DNA of 64,000 nt from an uncultured Actinomycetes bacterium (GTDB lineage: Bacteria; Actinomycetota; Thermoleophilia; Gaiellales; JAICJC01). The position numbers and the translations under genes were made by a program. This document shows positions 47,515 to 57,720 of the stretch, in pieces. The first letter of the stretch is position 1; the number at the start of each line of letters is the position of its first letter. Location of the stretch: contig CAVSYD010000003.1 of assembly GCA_963732075.1 (NCBI GenBank), positions 1,017,770 to 1,081,769 of the forward strand, written 5' to 3'. Under the pieces are notes generated by a model that was given only the letters and a program-made list of their open reading frames with translations, ran no database searches and was not told where the DNA came from.

Positions 47515-50500
47515 CTACCGCGTCGGGCGGATACGGAGTTGGTCGAGGAGCACGCCGAGGGACGGGTTGTACTGGTAGTCGGTGACGCGGCTTGAGAGAA
47601 AGTCGATGTTGTTTTGGTCCGCGAGTGGTACCCACGGTGCGGCGTAGGTGACGGCTCGATCGACCTTCGCCCATGTCGCCGCTGCGGCGGTCGGGTTGGT
47701 GGGCTGTTCGCGGTCGGCCTGGTTCATCAGCCGGTCGGCGGCGGGGTCGCAAAAGAACGAGCCGTTGCGTGTTGCGGTTGGGTCATCGAGCTTCCATGCC
47801 GAGCAGCGGAAGAAGAAGTCGAAGAAGTCGGAGGCCGATGTGGCGTCCACCCCGCCGTCGCTGGCCTGGATCCGTCGGCGCGAGTTGTTGACCGCCCTGA
47901 ACAGGGCGTTGAACGATGGGACGTGAACTCGGGTCGGGTACCCGAGCTCGCGCAGTACCGATGCGTTGAAGGATCTGAGGGCGTCCCCGGGGAACGACCA
48001 CAGCGTCACGTGCATGCCCTCGGTGCCTGACGCTGCGACGAGTCTGCGGGCGGCAGGGAGGTCGGGCCCGACCCACCTGCCGCGGGGATTTGGGTCTGTG
48101 GTGAACGGGCAGTACGGTCGGTATCCGGGCACGCCGGGCGGCAGGATCTGGCAGGTTGGCTCGGCGACCTTCGGGCCGCCGAGGTCCGCGATTAGGCGGC
48201 GGCGGTTGGCGGCGAGGCTAAACGCGCGCCGCACCGCGGGGATGGTTGAACGGCGGGACGCGGGTGTTGAATGCGATGTACATGATCGAGGGCGCCGGAC
48301 TGGCCCGCACCCTGCCCGGGAAGCGCGCGGCGAGCCTGGCCGCGTTGGGCAGCGAGTCGTTCGTCCAGTCGGCGCTTCCGACAGCGATCTCGTGGGCCTC
48401 CTGCGCCACGGGCGCACCGAACCGCCACACGATGTGATCGGGCGATCCCTTGGGCTGGGCGGCTTGCGACCATTCATGGAAATACGGGTTGCGGGAGAAG
48501 ACGATGTCGCGACCGGGGATGTCGCGGGTGATCATGTACGGCCCCGTCCCGGGGACCGGGCGTGTGCCGACGTTCCCGCGTGGCACCGACGGTGGGACGG
48601 GGGCCGCGAACCCCCACGCCAGCTTCTCGAGGAACTCTGGGTCTGGAGCCTTCAGATGGAACGTGATCGTCCGGGCAGAGTCATCGATGGTGATGCCACG
48701 GTCCAGATGACAGACGTGTCCGGGCCTGCACGCCGCCGCACCAACGATTCCCTCGACACTGGACGCAGCGTTCACGCTCAGCTGGAAGACGCGCTCCATC
48801 GCATAGCGGAAGTCCTGGGGCCGTACCGGCTGGCCGTTGGAGTAGTGCAGATTCGGCCGCAGCGTGAACGTGTACGTGGTCCCGCCTGCGCTCACGGTCG
48901 GCATGGCCAGCGCGAGGTCGGGCACCAGCAACAGGCCGTTGTTGCCGCCCGTCTTTGCGAATGTCACCAGCGAGTCGTACGTGGCGTCGGTGAACGCCGG
49001 CTCCATCCGGAAGTAGAGCTGTACGGGGTCGAGCGAGCCGGGAGGCAGACTGCTGAGAACGCGCAACGTGCCTCCCGCCGGCCGAACCGGCGCCGCACCT
49101 GCTGCAAACCAGAGCTGGCCGTGGGCGGCGGCCAGCGCCACCGGCCCGCCGCCTAGACGGATCGTTTGCGCCGATCGTGCGCCCCTCTGGGGGATCCGGG
49201 TGAGCGTGGATGACAGCCTGTCGGCGGCCCACACGGTGTCACCGTCGATGGCAAGGGCGTCCGGCCGTCGCCTGCGGGGATGGTGTCGACGACGGTGTCG
49301 GTGCCCGGGTCGACACGCGAAACGGTGCTGTCGAGTCCGTTGGCCACCCAAACCGACCCGCGGCCGAATGCGACGGCCGTTGGGCCGCCGCCGACCTGGA
49401 TGGCCTGGCCGGCCCGTCTACTGGTGGAGTCCACCCGGATCAGGCTGTCATCGGACGGGCTCGTGACCCATACCGAGCCGGCGCCGTACGCAACTCCGAA
49501 CGGCGCCGACGTGAGCGGGATCGTCGCCCGACGGTGGCCGGAGATCGGATCGATTTCCGACAGCGTGCTGTCCAGAGAATTGGCCACCCAGACCGCCCCG
49601 CCTCCGAACGCGATCCCGGTTGGCTCCGCACCGACGGTCGATCGTATGGATCACCCGATCGTTGGCCACGTCTGATGCGTGAGACCGAATCGCCCAGGGT
49701 ATTTGCGACCCAGATGTCCCGGCCGGTCGCCGCGATCGCGTTCGGGCCGGCACCAACCGGGATCCTGTCCGTAATCGACGGAGTACGTGGGTCGATCCGA
49801 TAGACGGCGTCGTCGTCCGGGCTCGTCACCCACACCGAGCCGTCGGCCGCGACGGCGCCGCCCGGCGGGCCGGGCAGGGCGAGGCGGTGCCCAATGCTGC
49901 CGCCGTTGACGCCCAGTTCGCCCACGCTGTTTGGGAGCTCGGTGGCGTGCGTCTGATCGGACCGCAGGACAGCAACACCGATCGCGAGTGCCACGCCGGC
50001 GGTCGTGGCCGCCACCGCTGCCCAGAGCCGCGTCCGGCGCGGCCGGACGCGGAGGTTCAGCTGTTCGAGGGGCGATCTGGGCGGCCACGGGACGCAGGGC
50101 GCGCTCGACCGCGCCGCCGCTCACGTGTCCGAGCTCCGGGCCTGGCACGAGGATCGCCCGCTCCAGCTCGCGAAGCTCCGGGCCGGGCTCGAGGCCGAGT
50201 TCGTCGGCCAAGAGATCGCGGGCGCGGCGGAACGCCGCCAGCGCCTCGGCCTGCCGTCCCGAGCGATAGAGGGCGAGCATGAGCTGCGCGTGAAAGCATT
50301 CGCGGTAGGGCGACGTCGGCGATGAGCGACTCGAGCTCCGGGACAAGCTCGCGATGGTGGCCCAGCCGGAGCCGCGCCTCGAGCGAGCTTCTCGAGCGCC
50401 GTCAGCCGCTCGTCCTCCAGGCCGCTGTGCGGCAGCGGTGCGAACGGTCGCGTCCCGGATGTCGGCCAACGCCGGGCCGCGCCACAGAGCGAGCGCTGAT

Positions 50501-50884
50501 CCGACGAGCGCCGCCGCCTCCGTCGCGTCACCGCGCTCGAGGGCGTCGCCGCCGCGGGCGGCGAGGTCGCGGAATCGGCAGACGTCGACAGCCTCCGGCG
50601 CCAGGTCGAGCATGTAGCCGCTCGGGCGTGGTGACGAGGACCGCGCCCCCGGCTCCTGCGGCGGAAAGGGCATGGCGGATGCGGGAGATGTACGTCTCGA
50701 CGGTGTGTGTCGCCGACCGGCGGGCCGTCTCGCCCCACAGGTCATCGATCAGCTGGGCGGTCGTGACCGGGCGCCCGACGTGGAGGGCGAGGTCGGCGAT
50801 GACCGCACGCTGCCTGGGGCCACCGAGCGGAAGCGAAATGTCATCCGCGGAGACCTCGATCGTCCCGAGCAGCCTGAATTCCAT
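47515..50884 (-). CDS. SARP (wHTH+BTAD) regulator fused to TM helix, YVTN beta-propeller and family-5 solute-binding domain; reconstructed across several indels (~1,120 aa)
   Basis: MEFRLLGTIEV..LGGPRQRAV..LIDDLWG; ALALWRGPALAD; QLMLALYRSGRQAEAL; TM AGVALAIGVAVL; VWVANSLDSTLSEIDP repeats; SLDPV..PDLA..GTTYTF..GTGPY..FCDP. Confidence 0.8.
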
Positions 50885-50967
50885 CGGCCTTGCCTCTGGT
50901 CACGATCCTGCCGTGGAGAGCATACGACGGCCATCGTGCGAGTGCCAGGGCAGCGCCTTCCATGCGG

Positions 50968-51011
50968 GTTCGAGCGTTTTGCGACCGAGTTGCGACCGGC
51001 CCGCCTATCGT
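50968..51011 (+). promoter_or_regulatory. SARP-type promoter: three direct repeats at 11-bp period upstream of a -10 box
   Basis: GTTCGAGCG (50968-76), TTGCGACCG (50979-87), TTGCGACCG (50990-98); TATCGT at 51006-51011; GAGGAGG RBS and ATG 51040. Confidence 0.7.
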
Positions 51012-51039
51012 CGGCCGCTCCAACACCGAGGAGGCGGTC

Positions 51040-53310
51040 ATGAGCGGCAGCAGGCCAAATGCGCGGAAGGTCACCATCGTCCTCTGGGCGGCACTGGCGC
51101 TCGCCGCGACCGGAGGCCGACGCGGCCATCGCAGCCCAATCGCATAGCGCGGCGATCGCCGCCGATCGTCTCGGTGGGCGGCAATCCGATCGGCGTGGCC
51201 GTCGATAACGCCACGCACACCGTCTACGTCGCAAACAACGCCGACAACACGGTGTCGGTGATCAACGCCGCCACCTGCAACGCTAGGGACACCGCCGACT
51301 GCGGGCAGCACCCGGCGACGGTGAAGGTCGGGGCGGCGCCGATCGGCGATGCGGTCGACCAGAGGACCGACACGGTCTACGTCGTGAACACGGGGAGCAA
51401 CACGGTGTCGGTGATCGACGGCAGGACGTGTAACGCCACGGTCAGGTCGGGGTGCGGCACGGTGGAGACGATCCCGGTCGGCAGCGGCCCGAACGTGGAC
51501 GCGGTCGACGAGAAGACCGACACGATCTACGTCGCGAACTTCGGCAGCAACACGGTGTCGGCGATCGACGGGGCCACCTGCAACAGCATGGTGACGTCCG
51601 GGTGCGGCAAGACCCCGCCCGTCGTGCATGTCGGGTCGGGCCCGCAGGGCCTCGGTGTGGATGCGAAGACCGACACCGTCTACGACACGAACGGCAACGG
51701 CAACGTGCGGCTCGGTCTCGGTGATCAACGGCGCCACATGCAACGCGACCGTCACGAGCGGGTGCGGCCAGACACCGGCCACGGTCAAGCTGACCGGCCC
51801 GGCCGACGGCGCCGCCGGTCGACGACGCGACGCACACGGCATACGTGCTCGCCGGGGGCGGATCGCCGCTCGGCTCGATCGCGATGATCGACACGGCCAC
51901 ATGCGACGCGACCCACCACTCCGGCTGCGGCCGCACCCCGGCCATCGCGCAGGGCGGCAGCGGCCCGATCTGGATCGTCGCGGATCCGGCGACGAGGACG
52001 ATGTACATCGCCAACCAGGAGGACGGCGACGTGTCGGCCCTGAACACCGCGACGTGCAACGCACACCGGCAATCGGGGTGCACGCGGCCGCTCCCCGCAA
52101 TCGCGGCCGCACCCGGAGCCGGCGCGGTCGACGTCGACATCGCCACCGACACCGCTCTACTACTCGAGCCAGGACGACAACACGGTCTCGGTGCTGAACG
52201 GCGCGACGTGCAACGCGACCCACACTCACGGCTGCACGAGGTTCGCGCCGACGACGACGGTCGGCAACCTGCCCACGGGAGTCGCTGTGAATCAGGCGAC
52301 CGGCACGCTGTACGTCGGCAACCGGGCCGATGGCGACCTGTCGGTCATCGACCCGCGTAGGTGCAACGCTGGCCATCTGCGCGGATGCCGTCGCGCGTGG
52401 CCCACCGTCAAAGCAGGAGTGACCCCCGAGGCGCTGGCGGTGGACGAGCGGACGGACACGATCTATACGACGAACTCCGACCCCGACAATGGCTACCTTG
52501 GCGACACCGTCTCGGTCATCGACGGAGCGACCTGCAACGCCCATACGACGTCGGGCTGTCGGGCGACACCGGGGACGATCAAGGTGGGAAACGGGCCCAA
52601 CACCATCGCGGTCAACCCGCGTACCGACACGGTCTACGTCACCAACGCCAACGACAACACGATGTCTGTGATCAACGGCGCGACGTGCAACGCGACGGTC
52701 AGGTCGGGGTGCGGCCAGACGCCGGCGACCATCACGGTGCCGGCGGGCGACTTCGCCGGCTCCGTCGCCGTGAACCCGAAGACCGACACCGTGTACTTCA
52801 CGCTCGAACGTCGGGCAACGGGCGTCGGCGGGGTGGATGTGATCAACGGCGCCACCTGCAACGGCACGGTGCGGACGGGCTGCAGGCCGGCCACCGTGAC
52901 GATGAGGCTGGGCTCGTACGCGGGCAAGCTCGTGGTCGACCAGCGGACGGACACGGTGTACGTCCTGAACATCGGCGGGAACGATGTGTCTGTGGTCGAT
53001 GGCGCCACCTGCAACGCGCACGTGACGCGTGGTTGCCACCGGACGGCACCTACGATGGCGCTCGATGAATTCCCGACAGGTATCGGCCTGAACCCGATGA
53101 CGGGCGCCGTCTACGTCGACTCGTTCGGGGCATCCGACGTGTGGGTGTTCGACGGAGCCAGACTGCAACGCGAAGGTCACCGCGGGCTGCAGCCAGCGGC
53201 CGAAGGTGGTGGCCACCGGCGGCTCGACCGCGGACATCGCCGTGAGCCAGGCCACGAACACCGCCTACGTCGCCGACCAGGCCGACGGCGAGCTGTCGCT
53301 GATCCGGTAG
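51040..53310 (+). CDS. Secreted YncE/YVTN-repeat protein, 14 blades with 13 Cx7C motifs (several indels)
   Basis: Signal-like N-terminus; repeat unit VG.GP..VAVD..TDTVYV.N...NTVSVI.GATCNA....GC. Confidence 0.82.
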
Positions 53311-53321
53311 CCGCGGCCGGG

Positions 53322-53385
53322 CCCACCCCAATCGGGGACAGTCCCCGGTTGGGGTGGGTTTGTGTTTTGTGCGCGTTTTGTGACA
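53322..53385 (+). repeat. ~64-bp REP/MITE-like repeat, right copy; also forms an 18-bp hairpin followed by a T-rich tail (terminator-like)
   Basis: CCCACCCCAATCGGGGAC-A-GTCCCCGGTTGGGGTGGG then TTTGTGTTTTG. Confidence 0.85.
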
Positions 53386-53395
53386 GGCAGCAGAT

Positions 53396-54285
53396 CTACG
53401 CGGCGCGGTTCGCGCGCTTGCGCCGGTACATGGCGGCGTCGGCGGCGCGAATGAGGTCTTCCGAGGTGGTGCCGTCCTGCGGATAGACGGCGACGCCGAC
53501 GCTGCAGCCGAGCACCGCCTTGATGCCGTGCAGCCGGTAGGGCCGCTCGAGCACCGTGCAGATCTGATCGGCGAGGGCGGCGAGCGGGGCGTCGCCGCCC
53601 GCGAGGAGCAGGAACTCGTCGCCGCCCAGGCGGGCGACGAGGGCAGCCGACGGCGGCGCTGCGGAGCCGGCCGGCGACCTCGGCCAGGAGCGCGTCGCCC
53701 ACCGCGTGGCCGTACCGGTCGTTAACGGCCTTGAACCCGTCGAGATCCACGAACAGCACCGCGAATCCCGAGGCGTCGCCCGGCGCCTGCGCGACGTGGT
53801 GTGCAAGCCGCTCGTTGAAGAGCAGGCGGTTCGGGAGCCCGGTCAGCGGATCGTGATAGGCCAGCTGCTCGAGCCGGTCACGAGCCTCGGCAAGCTGCTC
53901 CTCGACGAGCCGGCGCTCGGTGATGTCGGCAACGACGCCGTCGACCATCATGGTGCCGTCCGCCTCCAGGCGGGGCGTGGCCCGTTCCCACATCCAGCGG
54001 GCGACACCGTCGAAGCCCACCAGCCGGTACTCGACCTCGGTCGTCTCACCCCGGCTCTGGCGCTCGAAGCTGTCGTTGTAGGCGTCGCGGTCGTCAGGGT
54101 GGACGCAGTGCCTCCCAGGCATCCTCGGCGTCCATACCCGCGGGGATCCCACCCAGCATGCTGTCGACCGCCTGGCCGATCCACACCCGGCACCGGTAGG
54201 CGGCGCCGTCGTCGATCACCTCGAGCTCGTAGACGTGCACGCCGGCGGTACCGCCGACACGGCGAAGCAGGCTTGCGATCGCCAT
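53396..54285 (-). CDS. PAS-GGDEF diguanylate cyclase (two indels)
   Basis: VHPDDR PAS, YHDPLTGLPNR, DLDGFKAVNDRYGH..GD, RLGGDEF, ADAAMY. Confidence 0.88.
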
Positions 54286-54347
54286 AGCCTGATCTGGGTC
54301 CCCATCCCAAGGGCCGAAACGAGACGAACTGGAAGTCATTTACCAAG

Positions 54348-54355
54348 TTATCGGC
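54348..54355 (-). promoter_or_regulatory. Sigma28 (FliA/WhiG)-type -10 element GCCGATAA
   Basis: Exact match about 60 nt upstream of the diguanylate cyclase start; -35 only weakly matched. Confidence 0.45.
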
Positions 54356-54439
54356 AATCGGGCGCGCGCGATGAGCCTGCCGGAGCAGCCTCTTGGGATC
54401 GAATTCCAATAGCGTCGGTGCGATATCGGACCGCTCGGC

Positions 54440-55251
54440 CTACCCGCCGACCGTTGCGGGCAGACTGGCCTCCCACGCGTAGTACCTGAGATACGCGAGC
54501 GGGTCGCGGATCATCTGGCGTGCGTAGGTGAGCACGGCGTCGACGTAGAGGGTCGAGTGGTTGTACGCGTAGACGGCGCGGCGGTCATCGGCCGGAGCGC
54601 CGGATTGGTGCAGGTAGTTGGCGGCGCCCAGGATCGCATCGCGGGGCGAGTTGATGTCGCCGCCCAGGCCATATGCGCGCCACGTCGCCGGCAGGAACTG
54701 CATCGGGCCCTGCGCGCCTGCGCTGCTGCGGCTCTTGACCCGGCCGAACGCCGTCTCGATCAGGTTGACCGCCGCGAGCACCTGCCACTGGACGCCGAAC
54801 CGCCGGTCGGCCCGCCGGTAATCGGCCAGGAGCTCGCCCGCCGGACGCGGCGCCGCCAGGTGCAGAACCGGCCCGGGTGCCCCGCTCGGCGGCCCCGCGA
54901 GGCGCTGCAGGTCGCGCGCGGCGGCGACGTCCGCGCGAAGCGGGCGGACCTCGACGGCGGGGAATGCGGCGAGCGTGCGCCGCGCCCGGGCCGGGCTCTG
55001 TGCGAGCCGGTGCACGATCTGGCGCTCCTGCGCCGCGGCGGAGAGCACGACCGCGGGAGGCGGGCCGAGCAACGCCGGATCCGACGCGCGCCAGGCCCGA
55101 AGCCCATTCCGCAGCCTCAGGTCGGCAAGCGCGAAGTGCCGGCGGAAACCGTGGGTGGGGCCTCATGAGTCGGCGGCGACGAACCTCCGCAGCCCACGCC
55201 GGGAGCGGCGGTCACCGCGGCAAGCACCAGCACGGCCGCGCACCGCCGCAT
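54440..55251 (-). CDS. Lytic transglycosylase (SLT) domain secreted protein (indel near 55125)
   Basis: LAAVNLIETAFG, SSAGAQGPMQF, AANYL, AYNHS. Confidence 0.85.
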
Positions 55252-56210
55252 CAGGCCTCCCCGGCGGCAACTGCGATGGTGGCCGCCGAGGCGTCGAGGC
55301 CGCGGGCAACCGGGCCGACGATCCGCGCCGGAAGGTACTGGGGCCCGCCCGGCCAGGTGTGCCCGCCGCCCTCGATCCGGTGCAGGGTCACGGCGTGGGC
55401 GGGTCCCCGCCAGGTGAGCCGCGTCACCGCCAGGTCGCCGGCGGGCATGGGTAGGCGCTCCGTTGCGGGCGCGGGCGGTGCGCCGGCCACGGCCGCCCAG
55501 TCAACCGCGACCGTGTCGACCGGCACGGCGACCCCGCGCCCCCCATCGCCCCCCCCATGGCGCCGCGCCCGCCGCTGGGCCATCCTGCCGGCCGGGCCGA
55601 TCGGGCCGCCCAGGTAGGGCACGAGCGGATCGGCCGTACCGTGGAAGATGACGACGCTCGTGGCCTGCCGCGGCCGGGGCTGGGCCTCCCGGCTCGGCAC
55701 GGTCGCGGCGCCGGCGACGAGCACCACGCCCGCGATGGGCAGGCGCGCGTGCCGGGCGATGTGCTCGGCGAGCAGCGCGCCGTTTGAGATCCCGGCGAGC
55801 ACCACCCGGCGCGAGTCGATCACGCCGTCGCCGGCCAGCCGCTCGACCAGCGCCGCCAGGAACCCGACGTCGTCGACGCCCTCGCGCGTCCGCAGCCGCG
55901 GCGCGCCGCGGTGGTCGCTCCAGACCCGGTTCACGCCATCCGGGAACACCGCGGCCACCCCGGCCGCCCGCGTCCGCGCACCGAGGCCGGTCAGGCGCGC
56001 CATGCCGGCGCCGCTCGAGCCGGCGCCGTGGAGGACGACCAGCAATGGCGCCACAGGGGTTGCAGGCGCGGCGAGCAGATACGTCCGCTCCCGCCCTCCG
56101 AGCGCGAGCGAGCCCGGCTCGAGACCGTCCGCCGGCGCCATCCCGAGCCGTTGTGCGCGCCGGCGCCGCAGCGCTTGCCGCAGCGGCCCGGCACCTCGAT
56201 CAGTTCCCAT
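55251..56210 (-). CDS. PHB-depolymerase/LpqC-like esterase
   Basis: VVLHGAG, DDVGFL, GISNG, FHGTADPLVP, GGGHTWPG. Confidence 0.87.
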   Translation of the reverse strand: MGTDRGAGPLRQALRRRRAQRLGMAPADGLEPGSLALGGRERTYLLAAPATPVAPLLVVLHGAGSSGAGMARLTGLGARTRAAGVAAVFPDGVNRVWSDHRGAPRLRTREGVDDVGFLAALVERLAGDGVIDSRRVVLAGISNGALLAEHIARHARLPIAGVVLVAGAATVPSREAQPRPRQATSVVIFHGTADPLVPYLGGPIGPAGRMAQRRARRHGGGDGGRGVAVPVDTVAVDWAAVAGAPPAPATERLPMPAGDLAVTRLTWRGPAHAVTLHRIEGGGHTWPGGPQYLPARIVGPVARGLDASAATIAVAAGEA

Positions 56211-56237
56211 CGCAATGCGTAGTATTGTCGTCACCGG

Positions 56238-56597
56238 ATGGCCTACAAGCTCCTCCACGGCGACGATCCGTCCATCGAGGTGTCCTACGGGGTCTTTGCG
56301 AAGATCCGCCGGGCGCTCGGCACCACCGCGTTCGGGGTGAACGAGCTGCGCGTCCCGCCGAACCGCGAGGGCAAGGCGCACGACGAGCTCGAGACGGGCC
56401 ACGAGGAGCTGTACTGCGGCATCGGCGGGACGGCGACGTTCATCGTCGACGGCGAGGAGGTGGCCTTCGCCAAGGGCGACTACCTGCTGGTCTCGCCCGA
56501 GTCGACGCGCCAGGTGATCGGCGGCCCCGACGGTGTTCACTTCATCGTGATCGGCGCAAAGACCAAGCCCGAGTACGACGGCCGCCCGATCTTCTAA
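56238..56597 (+). CDS. Cupin domain protein
   Basis: HDELETGHEELY..GTATFIVDGE. Confidence 0.82.
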   Translation: MAYKLLHGDDPSIEVSYGVFAKIRRALGTTAFGVNELRVPPNREGKAHDELETGHEELYCGIGGTATFIVDGEEVAFAKGDYLLVSPESTRQVIGGPDGVHFIVIGAKTKPEYDGRPIF

Positions 56598-57148
56598 CCG
56601 GAATCGAGGGCGGTGAGCGTGGCGTTCAGGCTCGCGGGCAGCGAGTCGTCATCGCGCGAGTTGTAGAGCGGGCCGCCACCGGCCGTGACGAGGCGGTGGG
56701 CGAGCGCGACTCCGCGCGGCGTGACCGGTGAGGACAGGTCGTCGAGCCGGGCCGCGAGTTCCAGAAGATCATCCGCATGCCGGCGCAGCCGGCGCCGATT
56801 GAGCTGGGCGGGCGTGAGCGGGCGCCCAGCTCCCATGGCCTCGAGGGCGATGCGCCGGAACGCCCGGGCAAGCTCCTTCCGCGTGCGCGGGCTCTGCAGC
56901 TCTTCGATCCGCGCACGCAGGATCTCATCGCTCGGCGGCCGGCCGGCGTGCACCCCGATCCAGCGGTCGGCATTGTCCCGGGCCGTCTCGATGCGGGCGT
57001 GCTCCACCGCGGCCCGCACGAGCGCACAGGCGATCGCCGAGACCGCGACGGCCACGAGTGCCCGCGCCGACAGCATGCCGCCCGCGAACGCCACCGAGGC
57101 GCCCGCGAGCGGCAGGAGGTAGGGGAACGTGGGAACGAGAACCGACAT
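56594..57148 (-). CDS. Hypothetical membrane-anchored protein
   Basis: Two N-terminal TM segments; PRGVALAHRLVTAGGGPLY. Confidence 0.7.
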   Translation of the reverse strand: MSVLVPTFPYLLPLAGASVAFAGGMLSARALVAVAVSAIACALVRAAVEHARIETARDNADRWIGVHAGRPPSDEILRARIEELQSPRTRKELARAFRRIALEAMGAGRPLTPAQLNRRRLRRHADDLLELAARLDDLSSPVTPRGVALAHRLVTAGGGPLYNSRDDDSLPASLNATLTALDSG

Positions 57149-57161
57149 GCCGCGTGCTCGG

Positions 57162-57632
57162 TCAGGCCGCTGCGGGCGCCAGTCCGCCGACCGCTCGGAA
57201 GGTCTCGCGGGTGGTGCCGGGGGTCACGACGAGCACCGGGCACGGCGCCGTCTGGAGCAGCCGCCGGGTCACGCTGGACGTCAACATTCCCAGGCCCGGG
57301 GTGCGATCACGGCTGGCGAGCACGATCGCGCCCGCGCCATGCCGCTTTGCGCTCTCGGCGATGATGTTCGCGGGCTGGCCGAGCGACGTGGTGAACGTCT
57401 CGAGGTCGGCGTCGAAGCCCTCGGCGCGCAGCTCCGAAACGACCTCGCGCAGGCGCTCCAGGCGCTCGGGCTCGTCGGCGTGCAGCGGGAAGCGGCCGCC
57501 GCGGTAGCCGGACACGAGCTGGTTGACGTGCACGATCACAATCCGCGACAGGAACTGCTTCGCAAGCTCCTCGGCCGCCGGGAGGGCGCGCTCTGACTCC
57601 CTGCCGTCCAGTGCGATGATTACGGTCTCCAT
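57162..57632 (-). CDS. Universal stress protein
   Basis: IIALDG..SERAL, IVLASR, SVTRRLLQTAPCPVLVV. Confidence 0.88.
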   Translation of the reverse strand: METVIIALDGRESERALPAAEELAKQFLSRIVIVHVNQLVSGYRGGRFPLHADEPERLERLREVVSELRAEGFDADLETFTTSLGQPANIIAESAKRHGAGAIVLASRDRTPGLGMLTSSVTRRLLQTAPCPVLVVTPGTTRETFRAVGGLAPAAA

Positions 57633-57720
57633 GTGGTGGAACTCCTCTCGATTGGTGACGTTGCTACCGTAGAGCGGCCGTCGCGGCTTTCACGGATCTC
57701 GACAGCAGCGCTTCATACGC

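Noticed and set aside
50841-53261. Long antisense ORFs (806 aa here; also 6817-9099, 2974-4623 and others)
   Set aside because: Shadow ORFs expected from high-GC codon bias opposite real genes; Arg/Pro/Gly-rich with no motifs
9717-53385. GGGGACAGTCCCC repeats as a CRISPR array or integron attC sites
   Set aside because: Copies are dispersed with no regular spacers, no cas or intI gene is present, and no RYYYAAC/GTTRRRY boundaries were established
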